Of a DNA stretch of 64,000 nucleotides, positions 50,758 through 61,844 are shown piece after piece; within the stretch, counting starts at the first letter, position 1; each line of letters begins with the position of its first letter. The position numbers and the translations under genes are program-made. Source of the DNA: Obrimoposthia wandeli (lineage: Eukaryota); NCBI GenBank assembly GCA_977020255.1, contig CDROCS010000253.1, positions 4,588,001 to 4,652,000 on the forward strand, written 5' to 3'. Under the pieces are notes generated by a model. It did not search any database and was not told the DNA's origin. It worked only from the letters and a program-made list of their open reading frames with translations.

Positions 50758-51870
50758 TCAGTTCAAACGCGCTGCTATCAATACAAAATCTTTCGGCGAA
50801 AATTCTTTACCATTAAGTATGATTGATACTTGGTGTTTTCCTGAATATAACACTCGCGTGCTTATCGCTTTAAAACTCTGCTTTCGTTCCACTTTATGTG
50901 ACTCATTAGCCCCAAGATTACGTTCACTGATCTTAAAAACCTTTTTCGACAGCTGACCGTTCTTTTTCATAAAATACAGCCCATATTCCAAGCGTATTTT
51001 TTTGCTTATTGTTGAGGTGTTTTTTACCGTAAAACTGAATTGAGCATACTCGCCAAAATTAACCTCATTAGTTAGTATCGCAAATTCAGTGAGTTCAATG
51101 CCTGTGCTGTCGTAACCAAAAAGTGCTAGGGTATCAGGGCAAGCCTGTTTTAATAACGTTCGACAAGCATGTTTAAGCGTTCGGTCGAACTGTTCACTAG
51201 TACCTAGGTATTCTTTGACAAAAGCAATCACCACTTGCGGGTTATCTTTGGCGATATCATTTAAGTTATTGGCAACGCTACGACGAACAATTTCTGTCGG
51301 ATCATCAACTAGACGATGTAATATAGGTAAGAGTTCAACGGGATCTTTCTTATATTCTTGCAGCGCTATCGCCCAAGGTAAACGGGGTCTGCTACCTTCA
51401 GTCGCTAAACGCCTAACCAAGTAATGCTCATGTTGGCTCCATAAGATCATTTGCGCTAACATTTGATTGCCATATTTAATTAAGAAAGGTCGAACTGCAA
51501 ATTCACCACTGGTAAATTGCGTTACTTGCTCCATAACCTCAACCGATTCTTGAAAGTGATTTATGCCATAGGTTTCTATATATTCTGGTAAGAACATATA
51601 TTCAACACTGCCTTCAGTAATGCCAGCATCGGTTAAACTTGCAATTAACTTAACTAAAATGTCGGCAGCTTGAGGGAAATCAGTTGGCATAAACTGATGC
51701 ATTACCGCTTTGGTATGACTCATGCGTTCTTTTAGCTCTAATACTTCAAAGTTATCGTATAACATAAGTGCCATGAACTCTTGCTCATCAAAGTCTGGCA
51801 AACAGGCTTTTAAATGTATCGATAAGGTTAAATAAAAGCGCTCGTTGTATAAATTTTTAAAAGGTTCCAT
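50758..51870 (-). CDS. alkC: HEAT-repeat alkylpurine DNA glycosylase, AlkC-like with C-terminal Ig-like domain
   Basis: EFAVRPFL, RRLATEGSRPRLPW, VRRSVANNLNDIAKD and C-terminal RLEYGLYF...KVFKI; start ATG 51870. Confidence 0.8.
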   Translation of the reverse strand: MEPFKNLYNERFYLTLSIHLKACLPDFDEQEFMALMLYDNFEVLELKERMSHTKAVMHQFMPTDFPQAADILVKLIASLTDAGITEGSVEYMFLPEYIETYGINHFQESVEVMEQVTQFTSGEFAVRPFLIKYGNQMLAQMILWSQHEHYLVRRLATEGSRPRLPWAIALQEYKKDPVELLPILHRLVDDPTEIVRRSVANNLNDIAKDNPQVVIAFVKEYLGTSEQFDRTLKHACRTLLKQACPDTLALFGYDSTGIELTEFAILTNEVNFGEYAQFSFTVKNTSTISKKIRLEYGLYFMKKNGQLSKKVFKISERNLGANESHKVERKQSFKAISTRVLYSGKHQVSIILNGKEFSPKDFVLIAARLN

Positions 51871-51972
51871 AGTGATGATTTGAATCCAGAGTTTTTCAAA
51901 GGGTAAAATAGGTATAACACTATACTGCACTAAGGCTGTATATAAATACAGTCACGTTTCTTTAGTTATTTT

Positions 51973-54345
51973 TTACTCAACATACAGGGTAACCATATCA
52001 CTGTTACCTTGCTGGTCTTGCACTATGATTTGCTGCTTACCTATGGTTGATAATAAATGCTCTTTGTCTTGGTTTGGCTTGATTTGATAACTGTGTTTGC
52101 CGTTGATATACCAATTGTGTGTACCTAAGCCGCCAATGCTTTTTAACCATACGCTCGGTATTTTGCCTTTATCCCCTGACTTTCGATAAATACTGTCCTC
52201 TTCAATACCGGTAATTTTTAAGGTCGCACTTGAGGCTATATCTGGGCTAGCACACTTAGGGTCAAGCATAGGTATCAAGGTAAATCGTCGTTGTTTTACC
52301 TTAATCCAAGGCTCTAATACCTTAGGCCAAACAGCAACATCGTTAACTTTTTTCGGCACTGTCGCGCAATCCATAGCAACTCTCAATTGGCTTGCTGGAT
52401 TAGTCCAAAAGGTAAAAAGTCCACTTTGCCATGCATCTACATCGCTGGTATGCCAAGTAGGCGGCACAGTATCGTCAATAATCCACGCTTGGTGATCTTC
52501 CTGACAATCACTCGCTCGGTTGTCGCTTTTTCTGGTGCCTAAAGGCCAACATATTGTCTCTTTCGTTACCTTGTCAGGTTTTGTGATCTGTTGTGCACTC
52601 AAATTAAGACGGTCTGCAACATTAAATAATAACGGTCCAGCACTAATACTGCCATAGTGCCCTGGCATGGCGGTGCCATCGGGTCTACCTAGCCATACGC
52701 CTAAGGTATATTCTTTAGTTACTCCGATTGCCCAAGAATCACGAAAACCGTAACTTGTACCTGTTTTCCATGCCATCTTTCCTTGTTGTAAAGACGAGGC
52801 AAAAGTATCAATACTGCCAGGGCGTTCAATGCCAGCTAAGAGCTCTTGAACCACCCAAGCACTCTCTGAGGAAAGTAAATTACGTGTTTGCTTCTCTTGT
52901 GTTAACTCTTTCTGTAAAAAGCGTAATTGACTTACTTTACCTTGGTTAGCAAAAGCCGAATAACTTTCAACGAGTTGTTCTAATGAGGTTCCTGCGCCAC
53001 CTAAAATAATGGCTAAGTTGGGTTTTCCTCCTGGGATTGATAGGGTTAAACCCGCATTTTCTAATTGCGCAACAAAGCGATTAACGCCATAGCGCTCTAA
53101 AAGATCTACTGCTGGCATATTGAGAGAACGCTTCAAGGCTTCTGCCGCTGACACAGGTCCATTAAAGGCACCATTGAAATTACTGGGGCGATAATCCCCC
53201 CAACTGCGCGGAACATCAGCCAGTAAAGAATGTGAATGAATCAAGCCTTCATCTAATGCTAAGCCATAAATAAACGGTTTTAAGGTAGACCCCGGAGAAC
53301 GGATGGCCTGCACCATATCGACATAACCATGTCGCTCTGCATTAGCAAAATCAGCGGTGCCAATATAGGCCTTCACTGCCGAGTTTTTATTGTCTACCAC
53401 TAAAATAGCCGCTGAGCTTTGTTTAGGTAACCTTGTCATATAAGAGGTAAGTGAATCTTGTAACGCCAGCTGCAAGTCACTATCAATAGTGCTTTTTACC
53501 ACCGATTGACCATTGGAATGATTCAATAACCGCCGAGCCAGTAATGGCGCTAATTGCTTAGGGCGAAAATTAAAACTAAAAACTTGCTCTAACATTGCAT
53601 CATCCACAATTTCTTGTGGCCATACATCAAAATCTGCAAGCCGTTGTAATACCTTATTTCTCGCTTTTTGAGCTGCTGAGGCATGTAAATCAGGACGATA
53701 TCGAGTAGGTGCTTGTGGGAGAACCGCCAGTAGAGCAGCTTCCGCATGAGTAAGCTCTTTTGCCGATTTATTTAAGTAGGTAAAGCTTGCCGCCTGCACT
53801 CCTTCAATCGTTCCACCAAAAGGCGCAGTATTAAGATAAAGCTGTAGAATTTGCTTTTTATCTAACTGCCACTCTAGTTGTAATGTTCTTAATACTTGCT
53901 TAGTTTTTCCCCATAAACTTCGCTTGTGCGGATGTAAAATCCTCGCCACTTGCATTGAGAGTGTTGAGCCACCAGAAACAATTTTATTACTCGCGACATT
54001 TTGCATGGTCGCTCTGAGCAATGAAAACGGATTTATGCCCGGATGATGCCAGAACCAGCGATCTTCATAATTAATTAACGCTTCGATATAGAGTGGGGAG
54101 ACTTGATGCAATTTTATCGGGTAGCGCCAAATACCATTTTTATCAGCAAAGCTTCGTAATGGTCGATCATTTTCATCCACCACAACACGGGCAAATAAGT
54201 TATTTTTCTCAGGTAAGTTTAATGGGTAAAGACGATCAAGCGTAAATAACACAGCGAGTGACATAAACAAGGCTAACGCCAAAAAGACCACTATTCGTTG
54301 ATGTTTACACCAACGAATAATGGTTGTTAAAACTTGTTTAATCAT
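51973..54345 (-). CDS. pbpC: Penicillin-binding protein 1C
   Basis: Transglycosylase EDRWF/GGSTLSMQVAR, SxxK (STLKPF), SxN (SLN), KTGTS; directly downstream of the alpha-2-macroglobulin gene. Confidence 0.95.
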   Translation of the reverse strand: MIKQVLTTIIRWCKHQRIVVFLALALFMSLAVLFTLDRLYPLNLPEKNNLFARVVVDENDRPLRSFADKNGIWRYPIKLHQVSPLYIEALINYEDRWFWHHPGINPFSLLRATMQNVASNKIVSGGSTLSMQVARILHPHKRSLWGKTKQVLRTLQLEWQLDKKQILQLYLNTAPFGGTIEGVQAASFTYLNKSAKELTHAEAALLAVLPQAPTRYRPDLHASAAQKARNKVLQRLADFDVWPQEIVDDAMLEQVFSFNFRPKQLAPLLARRLLNHSNGQSVVKSTIDSDLQLALQDSLTSYMTRLPKQSSAAILVVDNKNSAVKAYIGTADFANAERHGYVDMVQAIRSPGSTLKPFIYGLALDEGLIHSHSLLADVPRSWGDYRPSNFNGAFNGPVSAAEALKRSLNMPAVDLLERYGVNRFVAQLENAGLTLSIPGGKPNLAIILGGAGTSLEQLVESYSAFANQGKVSQLRFLQKELTQEKQTRNLLSSESAWVVQELLAGIERPGSIDTFASSLQQGKMAWKTGTSYGFRDSWAIGVTKEYTLGVWLGRPDGTAMPGHYGSISAGPLLFNVADRLNLSAQQITKPDKVTKETICWPLGTRKSDNRASDCQEDHQAWIIDDTVPPTWHTSDVDAWQSGLFTFWTNPASQLRVAMDCATVPKKVNDVAVWPKVLEPWIKVKQRRFTLIPMLDPKCASPDIASSATLKITGIEEDSIYRKSGDKGKIPSVWLKSIGGLGTHNWYINGKHSYQIKPNQDKEHLLSTIGKQQIIVQDQQGNSDMVTLYVE

Positions 54346-54394
54346 GACAGTACCAACACGTATTCCTTTTGGATTAATAGTTTTCGACCAATAC

Positions 54395-57300
54395 TTACTG
54401 ACTAATACTTATATCGCCAATAGTAGCACCAATGCCTCTAAGCTCTGGTCGATACATATCTTCAACTAAAGATGCTGGTACCTTGTAAACACCGGGAGTC
54501 ACCGCGCGCACTAAGTAAAACAAATGCGCAGTGCGACGTTTGCTAATGTTAAGTGCAGCAACAAAACGATCATCACGATATTCTTGATAAGTTATCGGCG
54601 TATTTTTTTGCCAATATTCAATCGTTTTTCCATCAACGTTAAGCTCATCTAGTTTTATCGAATTAGCGAGATTTTGATTTTCCAATTCAAAACCCGCAGG
54701 TAACAAATCAACCACTAGGGCATCAGGTGTTCGCTGCTTAGCAGAGACTTGCAAGTGAACCAAGAATAGCTGACCGACTTTGACTTGATCAATACTGGTT
54801 TCTTTACCTTTTACGCTTAACCACTGTCTTTGAATCGACAAACCATTGGCACTTTCTTTCGGGGCTTTTTTACCGTAACCACTGACGCTAATATTTGCTA
54901 ACAGCGGATGTTTATTGTCGGAAGTGATAGTTACTTCTTGTTGCAGTACCTCACTCGACAAACCTTGCTGATAAACCGAGGTTTGGCTGAGTTTATTGTT
55001 AGCCGCGCCAAGAATAACGTTGGCAGACCAAGGTTTTCCTTCAAACGCCTGCAGTGATAAACCGGCTAAGAACAAAGCATTACGTTCTTGCGTACTCAAG
55101 TACTGACGTAAATTAACCTCTTCAGCCAAGGTAAAACTAAGGGCGATAGCTTCTTCTTTAGCTTTATCCTCCTTTAACATTAAGTGGATCATTAGTGCTA
55201 AGTCACGTATTTGGCTGCCATAATCAGCAAGATATTGTTGTCGTTTTTTCGGTAGATTATTTAACGCGATAGCCATTAATTGCTCACCACGTTTTTTATC
55301 ACCCATGTTAAATAATGCCAATGCAAGATGTATTTGCGACAACCCAGTTTTGGCGTTAGCACTATGGTTTTTAGCCAAGTTACGTAAGGTGCCAAGTGGC
55401 GCTTGATTAACCCGAGAGAGTACATAAGCGGCATAAGCTTTGTAAGCGAAGTAATAGTGTTTACCATCATCACTCCAACGTTCGTTATAAAACGGTCGGG
55501 TGCGCGCTAAGTAATTTTGCAAACGCGTTAAAGTTTTAGCTAACATTTCTTCAGGTACAGCTATGCCCATATCACGGGCATTTAATAAAAAGTCCGCAAC
55601 ATAAGCAGTTAACCAGTGCTCTTCTGCAGAGGTATTATTCCATAAACCATAACCACCATTACTCAGTTGTAACATCGCTAATCTTTCGATGCCTTTATTG
55701 ATCATATCTAACCGTTTATCTTCACTAACCGCTTTAATGCCCATACTTTTCTGTTTGTCTGGCGTGGCAAAAAGCAATGGATAAGCACGACTACTGGTTT
55801 GTTCTAAACAACCATAAGGATATTGTAATAAGTGAGTCAGTTGCGCCTGAAGATCAATGTTTGCTTTAGGCGATATAGTTAAAGAGGCTTGCACAGTCTC
55901 AGTAAATAACGCTTGAGCAATACTTGGGTCAAGACGCAGGCTATCACCTTGTTGAAGAGTTTTTTGACTGCGAGTTAACGTTGCCGGATAAGCGGGTCGC
56001 AAACCTAGAGACCAATTTCGATTAACATCTTCAAGTAATTTTGTACCCGAGACATTGAGTGAAAACCTTGCTTTTCCTTCATGTGCTAAGGCCTTCACAG
56101 CATAGTTAAGAGTGGTTTTCTCGCCCTGTTCAAGGGTGATTTTTTTAGTATGTTCAAAGGCTACAACGGGTCCTGAACTGCTTAGCTGTACCGTTAACTG
56201 CTGCTGTTCACCACTGAGGTTAGTTACATCTAAGGCCAGGGTAGTTTCATCTCCCATCGCTAAGAATCGCGGCATAGCCAGCTGGGTAACAACGGGGGCT
56301 GCTATAGTGACTTCTTTATCGTTATGACCAAATTTATCGGCAGAAAAAGATAAGGCCATTAAGCGAATCCGACCATTAAAATCAGGGATGTTTAATGGAA
56401 TGATGGCCTCGCCCTTTTCATCTAATGACACTAAACCACTAAATAAAGAAACAATTTGCACATCCGATTGTGGCTCCTTGCCGCCTCGCGTTAAATCACT
56501 ATCGCCACCAAAACGTAAGCGGGCATTTTCAGCCTGGTTAACTTCAATAACTTTACTATAAACATCCCGAGAATCGACTTCATATCGTCGCTGGCCAAAA
56601 AAAGCCTCAAAAGGATCTGGCGTTTTAAAATCACTAATACTTAATACACCTACATCAACTGCAGCAAGTGTCACAAAAACTTTTTCAGCTATTGGCGCTG
56701 CTTCCGTGTTCTGACCGACTTGATGACCAACTTCATTTGTCACTTTTATTTTTACAGGTAATATTTTATTGGGAAGTGCTTTTTCAGCAACCTCAAACTC
56801 AATATTGAGTTGTTGTGATTCACGCTGAAGCGGTAAGTGAACCAAGCCAAAACTGCGTTTAGGGGTTATGGTTTTGAGTTTATCGCCCGGCTGTAAGACC
56901 AGCGCACTGATATAGATGTTGTGCTGTTGCCAATCCGCCGATACAGGGATTTCAATAATGGCACCTTCAGCAGGAATAAACTGACGCGTTGACCATAGCG
57001 GGCTATTTCCTTCCACTAGAATGATGGCTTCACCCGCCTGCGGAGGAACAATGTTCACTTTAACAAGATCACCAGGAGCATAACTTGCTTTATCCAGCGC
57101 CATGGTAACTTTATCAGGTCTAGCAGCGCCGCTGCCTGATTGACTCTTTTTCCAATCTGCATACCAATTGGTGCCCGCATAAAACTGCACACTCGATAAT
57201 AAACCGCTGTTAACATCACGCACTTCTACGCGATAACTGCCCCAAGAAACAGGAAAATCAACACTTGCTGTTGCACCCTCTTTTATAGTCAACGAGCTCG

Positions 57301-59392
57301 TTAGCTCAACAAACTCATTATCATTCCATTCATAATGCCAGCCTCGATTTTGAGAATAGACCCAAAAATAACGTCGGTCTTCACGAATTAATTTAATATC
57401 TAAAGCTGTGGCGGCATGCTTAGTGCCATCAAGTGAAGCTTTAACAAGTTCAAAACTAACCTTTGAATTTGCTGTGGGGTTGTCATCGCCAAAACTGGTT
57501 CTAATGCCTAACATTTTCTCGCTAGGCCAGACTAAAGCTGAATAGGCACGTGTTACCGGGCGACCACCTGATTCAAATAAACTACTGATAAAATTAACTT
57601 TTAATGGGCTATGCAAACCACTCCAATCACCTTGGTAGCTTATAATTGCTTGTCCTTTGGCATCTAGTTCAATGTCTTTAAGTTCCGTACGATTATTGAA
57701 GCGCGTTTGTCTAATATCGCCAAATTCAAATTTTGGTAAGGTCTCCACAGGGTTTCGCCACTGTGTAGTATTCACTTGGGTAGAAAGTCGATTACCTGAC
57801 GCTGGCGCACCAAATAAATACTCGCCTAAAATCGGCAACTTAATGTGTTGTTTTTTAGTGGCTAGCAATCGTTCTTGTGGCGCTTTAGCATTGAAAGTGA
57901 TTTTTAATCGTTCAGGTAAGAACTCTTCCACTTTAAAGTCATAAGTAAAACTTTCTCGATTAACATTCACTACTTCAAGTTGCCAATTACCTAATGCAGC
58001 GCTCTTGGGGATTTGCCACTGATAATGATAAAAACCTTGTTCATCTCCTTGCCACTTAAAGGTTTTTATTTTGCTGCCATCGGGGCTTTTTATCGCGGCA
58101 GATAAAATACTTTTTACAGTTAATTTGCCATCATCACTACGTAATAAAGCATTAAAATCGACAAACTCTGCTGGTCGATATAAATTTCTCGGTGCATATA
58201 TAAATAACTCTTGGGCGCTATATGGGCGAAGACCAAGATCAAAGTCTGACAAATCTAGTGCCGGTTTATTAAGCTCAATAATGGAGAAGTGCTGTTCATT
58301 TTGCGCAATAATTAATGACGCTGAAGTTAAATCACTGGCAAATGAAGCTTCACCACTTGGCGAGGTAACACCTTGCTGTAAGATATTGCCCTTGTCATTC
58401 ACTAAGGTCACAGCAACGTTTCCTATGGCTTTACCGGTTTTTAATGACGAAGCGTAAACATCTAATTGTTTATTATAGAAACGGGCATGAAGACCGATAT
58501 CCGTCACAGAGAACCACATAACCTGATGATTATCATAGGCACCCGCTTGGGTCATCACAGCTAAGTAGATACCTGGCTCTGAGAGCTGTGCTATGCCTTC
58601 AATGTTAATACTGTGTTTAACGCGGGTATTTTTAGGTTGGTCGAGATCGTATCGTCCACTATAAACAAGCTCACTAAATTGCGTAATTCGCTTCATATCC
58701 CAGCGATAGTTTTTATAGGACATTTCTTGCAAAAAATGTTGACGATCTTTTTCTTTTACTTGATAAAAATTAACATCTACCGCATCTATGTTTACCGATA
58801 CTACCGATAAACCATTGCCTAAACCCTGAGTTAAAAAGGCTCCCGTAGTATCAAAGTTAATGCTCGCAGTGATGCTACTGGTTTTAACTTTTTTGTTCAT
58901 TGTTTTACTTAAAACTTTGCCATTAGCTGCCACTAAACCTTGATAAATGGTGACATCAAAAGAAGTATCGGGGTCGACATACGGAAACCAAATAGTTTTG
59001 CCTGATTTTGAAATAACCCATGCACCGTCGATAGCGCCTTTATCTGCAGCACTGATATTAAAATATTGCTGGTGATTTTTAGAAGGATCTAGGGGAACAG
59101 ATAACGTAATGGCAACAGAGTTTCTACCGTCTTTGCTACGTTCAGAAACGTCTAGTACGGTAAGTGGTGTTTCACCATAGTCTTTTTGTACTTGTTGTAA
59201 ATTAAAACTGCTTTCATTAGGTTCACCGCTAGCGATTGTCTGTTTCGCACTGACTTCAGCATCAACTGATACCTTGACATCAGCCCCCTCACTCAGCGGC
59301 TTGCTATTTTGCTCGCCACAGCCGAACAGCATCATATTGGCGAGTAATAGTAGCGTCCAAAAAATGATTGGTGATTTGAAGTTAGTTTTCAT
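54395..59392 (-). CDS. yfhM: Bacterial alpha-2-macroglobulin (YfhM type) lipoprotein
   Basis: 1665 aa, lipobox LFG-C, intact thioester motif YPYGCLEQ, paired with pbpC. Confidence 0.95.
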   Translation of the reverse strand: MKTNFKSPIIFWTLLLLANMMLFGCGEQNSKPLSEGADVKVSVDAEVSAKQTIASGEPNESSFNLQQVQKDYGETPLTVLDVSERSKDGRNSVAITLSVPLDPSKNHQQYFNISAADKGAIDGAWVISKSGKTIWFPYVDPDTSFDVTIYQGLVAANGKVLSKTMNKKVKTSSITASINFDTTGAFLTQGLGNGLSVVSVNIDAVDVNFYQVKEKDRQHFLQEMSYKNYRWDMKRITQFSELVYSGRYDLDQPKNTRVKHSINIEGIAQLSEPGIYLAVMTQAGAYDNHQVMWFSVTDIGLHARFYNKQLDVYASSLKTGKAIGNVAVTLVNDKGNILQQGVTSPSGEASFASDLTSASLIIAQNEQHFSIIELNKPALDLSDFDLGLRPYSAQELFIYAPRNLYRPAEFVDFNALLRSDDGKLTVKSILSAAIKSPDGSKIKTFKWQGDEQGFYHYQWQIPKSAALGNWQLEVVNVNRESFTYDFKVEEFLPERLKITFNAKAPQERLLATKKQHIKLPILGEYLFGAPASGNRLSTQVNTTQWRNPVETLPKFEFGDIRQTRFNNRTELKDIELDAKGQAIISYQGDWSGLHSPLKVNFISSLFESGGRPVTRAYSALVWPSEKMLGIRTSFGDDNPTANSKVSFELVKASLDGTKHAATALDIKLIREDRRYFWVYSQNRGWHYEWNDNEFVELTSSLTIKEGATASVDFPVSWGSYRVEVRDVNSGLLSSVQFYAGTNWYADWKKSQSGSGAARPDKVTMALDKASYAPGDLVKVNIVPPQAGEAIILVEGNSPLWSTRQFIPAEGAIIEIPVSADWQQHNIYISALVLQPGDKLKTITPKRSFGLVHLPLQRESQQLNIEFEVAEKALPNKILPVKIKVTNEVGHQVGQNTEAAPIAEKVFVTLAAVDVGVLSISDFKTPDPFEAFFGQRRYEVDSRDVYSKVIEVNQAENARLRFGGDSDLTRGGKEPQSDVQIVSLFSGLVSLDEKGEAIIPLNIPDFNGRIRLMALSFSADKFGHNDKEVTIAAPVVTQLAMPRFLAMGDETTLALDVTNLSGEQQQLTVQLSSSGPVVAFEHTKKITLEQGEKTTLNYAVKALAHEGKARFSLNVSGTKLLEDVNRNWSLGLRPAYPATLTRSQKTLQQGDSLRLDPSIAQALFTETVQASLTISPKANIDLQAQLTHLLQYPYGCLEQTSSRAYPLLFATPDKQKSMGIKAVSEDKRLDMINKGIERLAMLQLSNGGYGLWNNTSAEEHWLTAYVADFLLNARDMGIAVPEEMLAKTLTRLQNYLARTRPFYNERWSDDGKHYYFAYKAYAAYVLSRVNQAPLGTLRNLAKNHSANAKTGLSQIHLALALFNMGDKKRGEQLMAIALNNLPKKRQQYLADYGSQIRDLALMIHLMLKEDKAKEEAIALSFTLAEEVNLRQYLSTQERNALFLAGLSLQAFEGKPWSANVILGAANNKLSQTSVYQQGLSSEVLQQEVTITSDNKHPLLANISVSGYGKKAPKESANGLSIQRQWLSVKGKETSIDQVKVGQLFLVHLQVSAKQRTPDALVVDLLPAGFELENQNLANSIKLDELNVDGKTIEYWQKNTPITYQEYRDDRFVAALNISKRRTAHLFYLVRAVTPGVYKVPASLVEDMYRPELRGIGATIGDISISQ

Positions 59393-59434
59393 TAAAGACC
59401 CTTTAAGAGTTCACAGTTTCCATAAATAGGATTA

Positions 59435-59493
59435 TATACCCATTACCAATCAAGATGCAGTTTCAGAGTGCACTTTGAATGGTAACGGGTATA
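59435..59493. mobile_element. ERIC-like element, 59-bp hairpin copy with both termini
   Basis: TATACCCATTACCAATCAAGATGCA...TGCACTTTGAATGGTAACGGGTATA, a long imperfect inverted repeat. Confidence 0.82.
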
Positions 59494-59640
59494 TGCCCGT
59501 TAAATAGTTCAAATTCAAAGTATTTGTATTAACAGGAATAAACTTCAAGAAATAGCGTTACTAACACTAAGTAATTTGAATGAATGGCTAAAATTAGAAA
59601 GATATAAATACTGAAATATCGGCAATAAAATGTCCATAAC

Positions 59641-59665
59641 AAAAAAGCGCCCTTAGGCGCTTTTT
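59641..59665 (-). terminator. Intrinsic terminator of the TonB operon
   Basis: AAAAAAGCGCC-CTTA-GGCGCTTTTT. Confidence 0.85.
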
Positions 59666-59692
59666 CATTGTAATACTTTAACCGTGCGTAAA

Positions 59693-61078
59693 CTAATTAA
59701 GCATGGCTAGCTGTACTTTATAGTTTTGTTGCTCTCGCTCAACATACTTGCCCCATTGCAAAGCCGTTTTTTTAGTACTGACAAATTTTGATGCTTTTGC
59801 AAAGGATGCCAAAGAGCGTTCAAAACTTTTCAGGTTAAAGTTCGCCATGCCCAAGATTAAATGCATATTGGCGATGTCCTTTATTTTATTTACCTTATCT
59901 TGCTCATGCTCAGCATAACGAGCCAATGCTAACGTTGAAGCGTTTATCGCCGCTTGCCATTGTTCCGTATTTAAATACGTTTGCGCTAATAAAGCATCAT
60001 GATCCCCTGATTGGGCAATGTCACTAACGCGAATCAAAACATTAATCGCTTTATCGTATTCTTTAGCGGTCAAATAGGCACGGGCCAACATACTTAAATG
60101 ATCTTCATCAGCAAAAATACTACCTTGATCAATCGCATCAGCCAAAACAGCGGCACTTTTATAGGGTGCGCCATGGAATAAATAGAGTTGCGACAAGGTA
60201 ATAATATCCGTCGTTTTGGTCACATACCCCGCTTGATAAGCTGCTTCCATTACCGCCATTTGTTTATCTTCTTCACCAATTTCACCGTACATACCTGAAA
60301 GCTGTAACCAGTATTGTGGTTTATCATATAAACGTACTAACTTTTCAATTACCTTGGTTACTTGCTTAGGTTGTTTTAGTTCATAATAAGTGGCGCGTTG
60401 TAAAGTAAGCCAGTTTTCTTTAGGCAGTTTGTTTTTTGTTTCAACTAAACTGATCGCCATTTCAATATGTTTTAAGCTATTAACAAAATCTTTGTCTTGA
60501 AAATAAACTTGTGCAAATAACATTTCTTGCGTGCTGGTTAATTCTTTAGGAGCCTTTAGCGATCGAGAGTCAGTCTCACGCCACTGGATTAAGTAAGCAA
60601 GTGCCGCTTTATAGTTTTGTTGCTGCATGCTTAATTGCGCTAAAGAATAAAGTGTCGAGATGATCAAACTATCAGGAATTGCTGTTTCAGCAATGACTTT
60701 GTTAAAGCTATCAACCGCGAGTGTTATATCTTCATTGGCATAATACATAAAACCGTAAAAGTTATATAACATGGCTCGCTCATAACTGTTTAAGCTATCA
60801 AGTCGATCCTCTACATCAGCCAATACTTCAAAACCTTCGATGTTGTCACCTTCATCAGCCAGCTGTTGTGCCCGTGATAATTGTGCATAGACGCGATTAC
60901 GCATAGCAGGGACTTTTTTACTAGCGCGATAACTTTGTTTAGTGACGTTTTCTTTATCACTGCTGCTTATCGTTGCACTTTTATCTGCTTGCGTTTCTTC
61001 AGCAATACTTTTATTGGCTGTTAAGGTAACAAGTAAAGTGAATGCAGTTGTCAGTAGTAAGGAGTTTTTGTTTTTCAT
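59693..61078 (-). CDS. Exported TPR protein of the TonB2-type system (TtpD-like)
   Basis: Signal peptide, helical TPR-like repeats, last gene of the exbB-exbD-tonB operon. Confidence 0.85.
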   Translation of the reverse strand: MKNKNSLLLTTAFTLLVTLTANKSIAEETQADKSATISSSDKENVTKQSYRASKKVPAMRNRVYAQLSRAQQLADEGDNIEGFEVLADVEDRLDSLNSYERAMLYNFYGFMYYANEDITLAVDSFNKVIAETAIPDSLIISTLYSLAQLSMQQQNYKAALAYLIQWRETDSRSLKAPKELTSTQEMLFAQVYFQDKDFVNSLKHIEMAISLVETKNKLPKENWLTLQRATYYELKQPKQVTKVIEKLVRLYDKPQYWLQLSGMYGEIGEEDKQMAVMEAAYQAGYVTKTTDIITLSQLYLFHGAPYKSAAVLADAIDQGSIFADEDHLSMLARAYLTAKEYDKAINVLIRVSDIAQSGDHDALLAQTYLNTEQWQAAINASTLALARYAEHEQDKVNKIKDIANMHLILGMANFNLKSFERSLASFAKASKFVSTKKTALQWGKYVEREQQNYKVQLAMLN

Positions 61079-61144
61079 AATTTGATCCTCATTAATATCA
61101 TTATTTATACAAACTCAGCAATAGAATCCAAATAAAGTGGTTTA

Positions 61145-61804
61145 TTAACCATCAATTTCAAAACTAATTTTGTTCTGTACGCCAGCCACTTCCATAGCAA
61201 CGCCATCTACCACACGTGGTTTGTATTTAAACTTAGCAACAGCATCAAGGGCGGCTCGATCAAATACCCCTTCCGGTTTCGCTTGTACTACCATGGCATT
61301 ACTCACTGAACCTGTTTTGGTCACAATAAACTCAACAATAACGAATCCTTCAATGCCACGAGATTGTGCTCGACGGGGATAAATCGCTGCAACCTTAACA
61401 ATAGGCAAGTAATCCCCATCACCACTGTCTAAACTCAAACCGCCAGATAAACCAATATCCCCTTGAATGTCCGCTGCAAAACTACTTTTTATCGCATTGG
61501 CATTAGGGTTGGATTGCTGCATTTGAGGTGCTTTCATTGGTGGTGGTGGCTCTTTTGGTTTAGCCGGCTTTTGTAGCTTGCGCTCTTTTTTAACGATCGC
61601 CTCATCTTTTTTTAAACGAATGAAATCAAGAACACTGCCTTTAGCAGGGTCTGTCATCACTTCATTGCCACCTGCAATTAATTTTTGCATGCCCCAAAGT
61701 AAGATAAAGGTCATGCTTAATGCTAATACTCCAGCAATAGCATATCGAGCGCCACTGCGTACAATCACCTGTCCTGATAGGTGTGTTGACATGCTTTCTG
61801 ACAT
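61145..61804 (-). CDS. tonB: Energy transducer TonB
   Basis: TM anchor, Pro/Lys linker, C-terminal YPRRAQSRGIEG and FKYKP. Confidence 0.95.
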   Translation of the reverse strand: MSESMSTHLSGQVIVRSGARYAIAGVLALSMTFILLWGMQKLIAGGNEVMTDPAKGSVLDFIRLKKDEAIVKKERKLQKPAKPKEPPPPMKAPQMQQSNPNANAIKSSFAADIQGDIGLSGGLSLDSGDGDYLPIVKVAAIYPRRAQSRGIEGFVIVEFIVTKTGSVSNAMVVQAKPEGVFDRAALDAVAKFKYKPRVVDGVAMEVAGVQNKISFEIDG

Positions 61805-61844
61805 GTTAAGTCCTTAGCCTTTCTTAGCTGCGTTAGTAAACATA

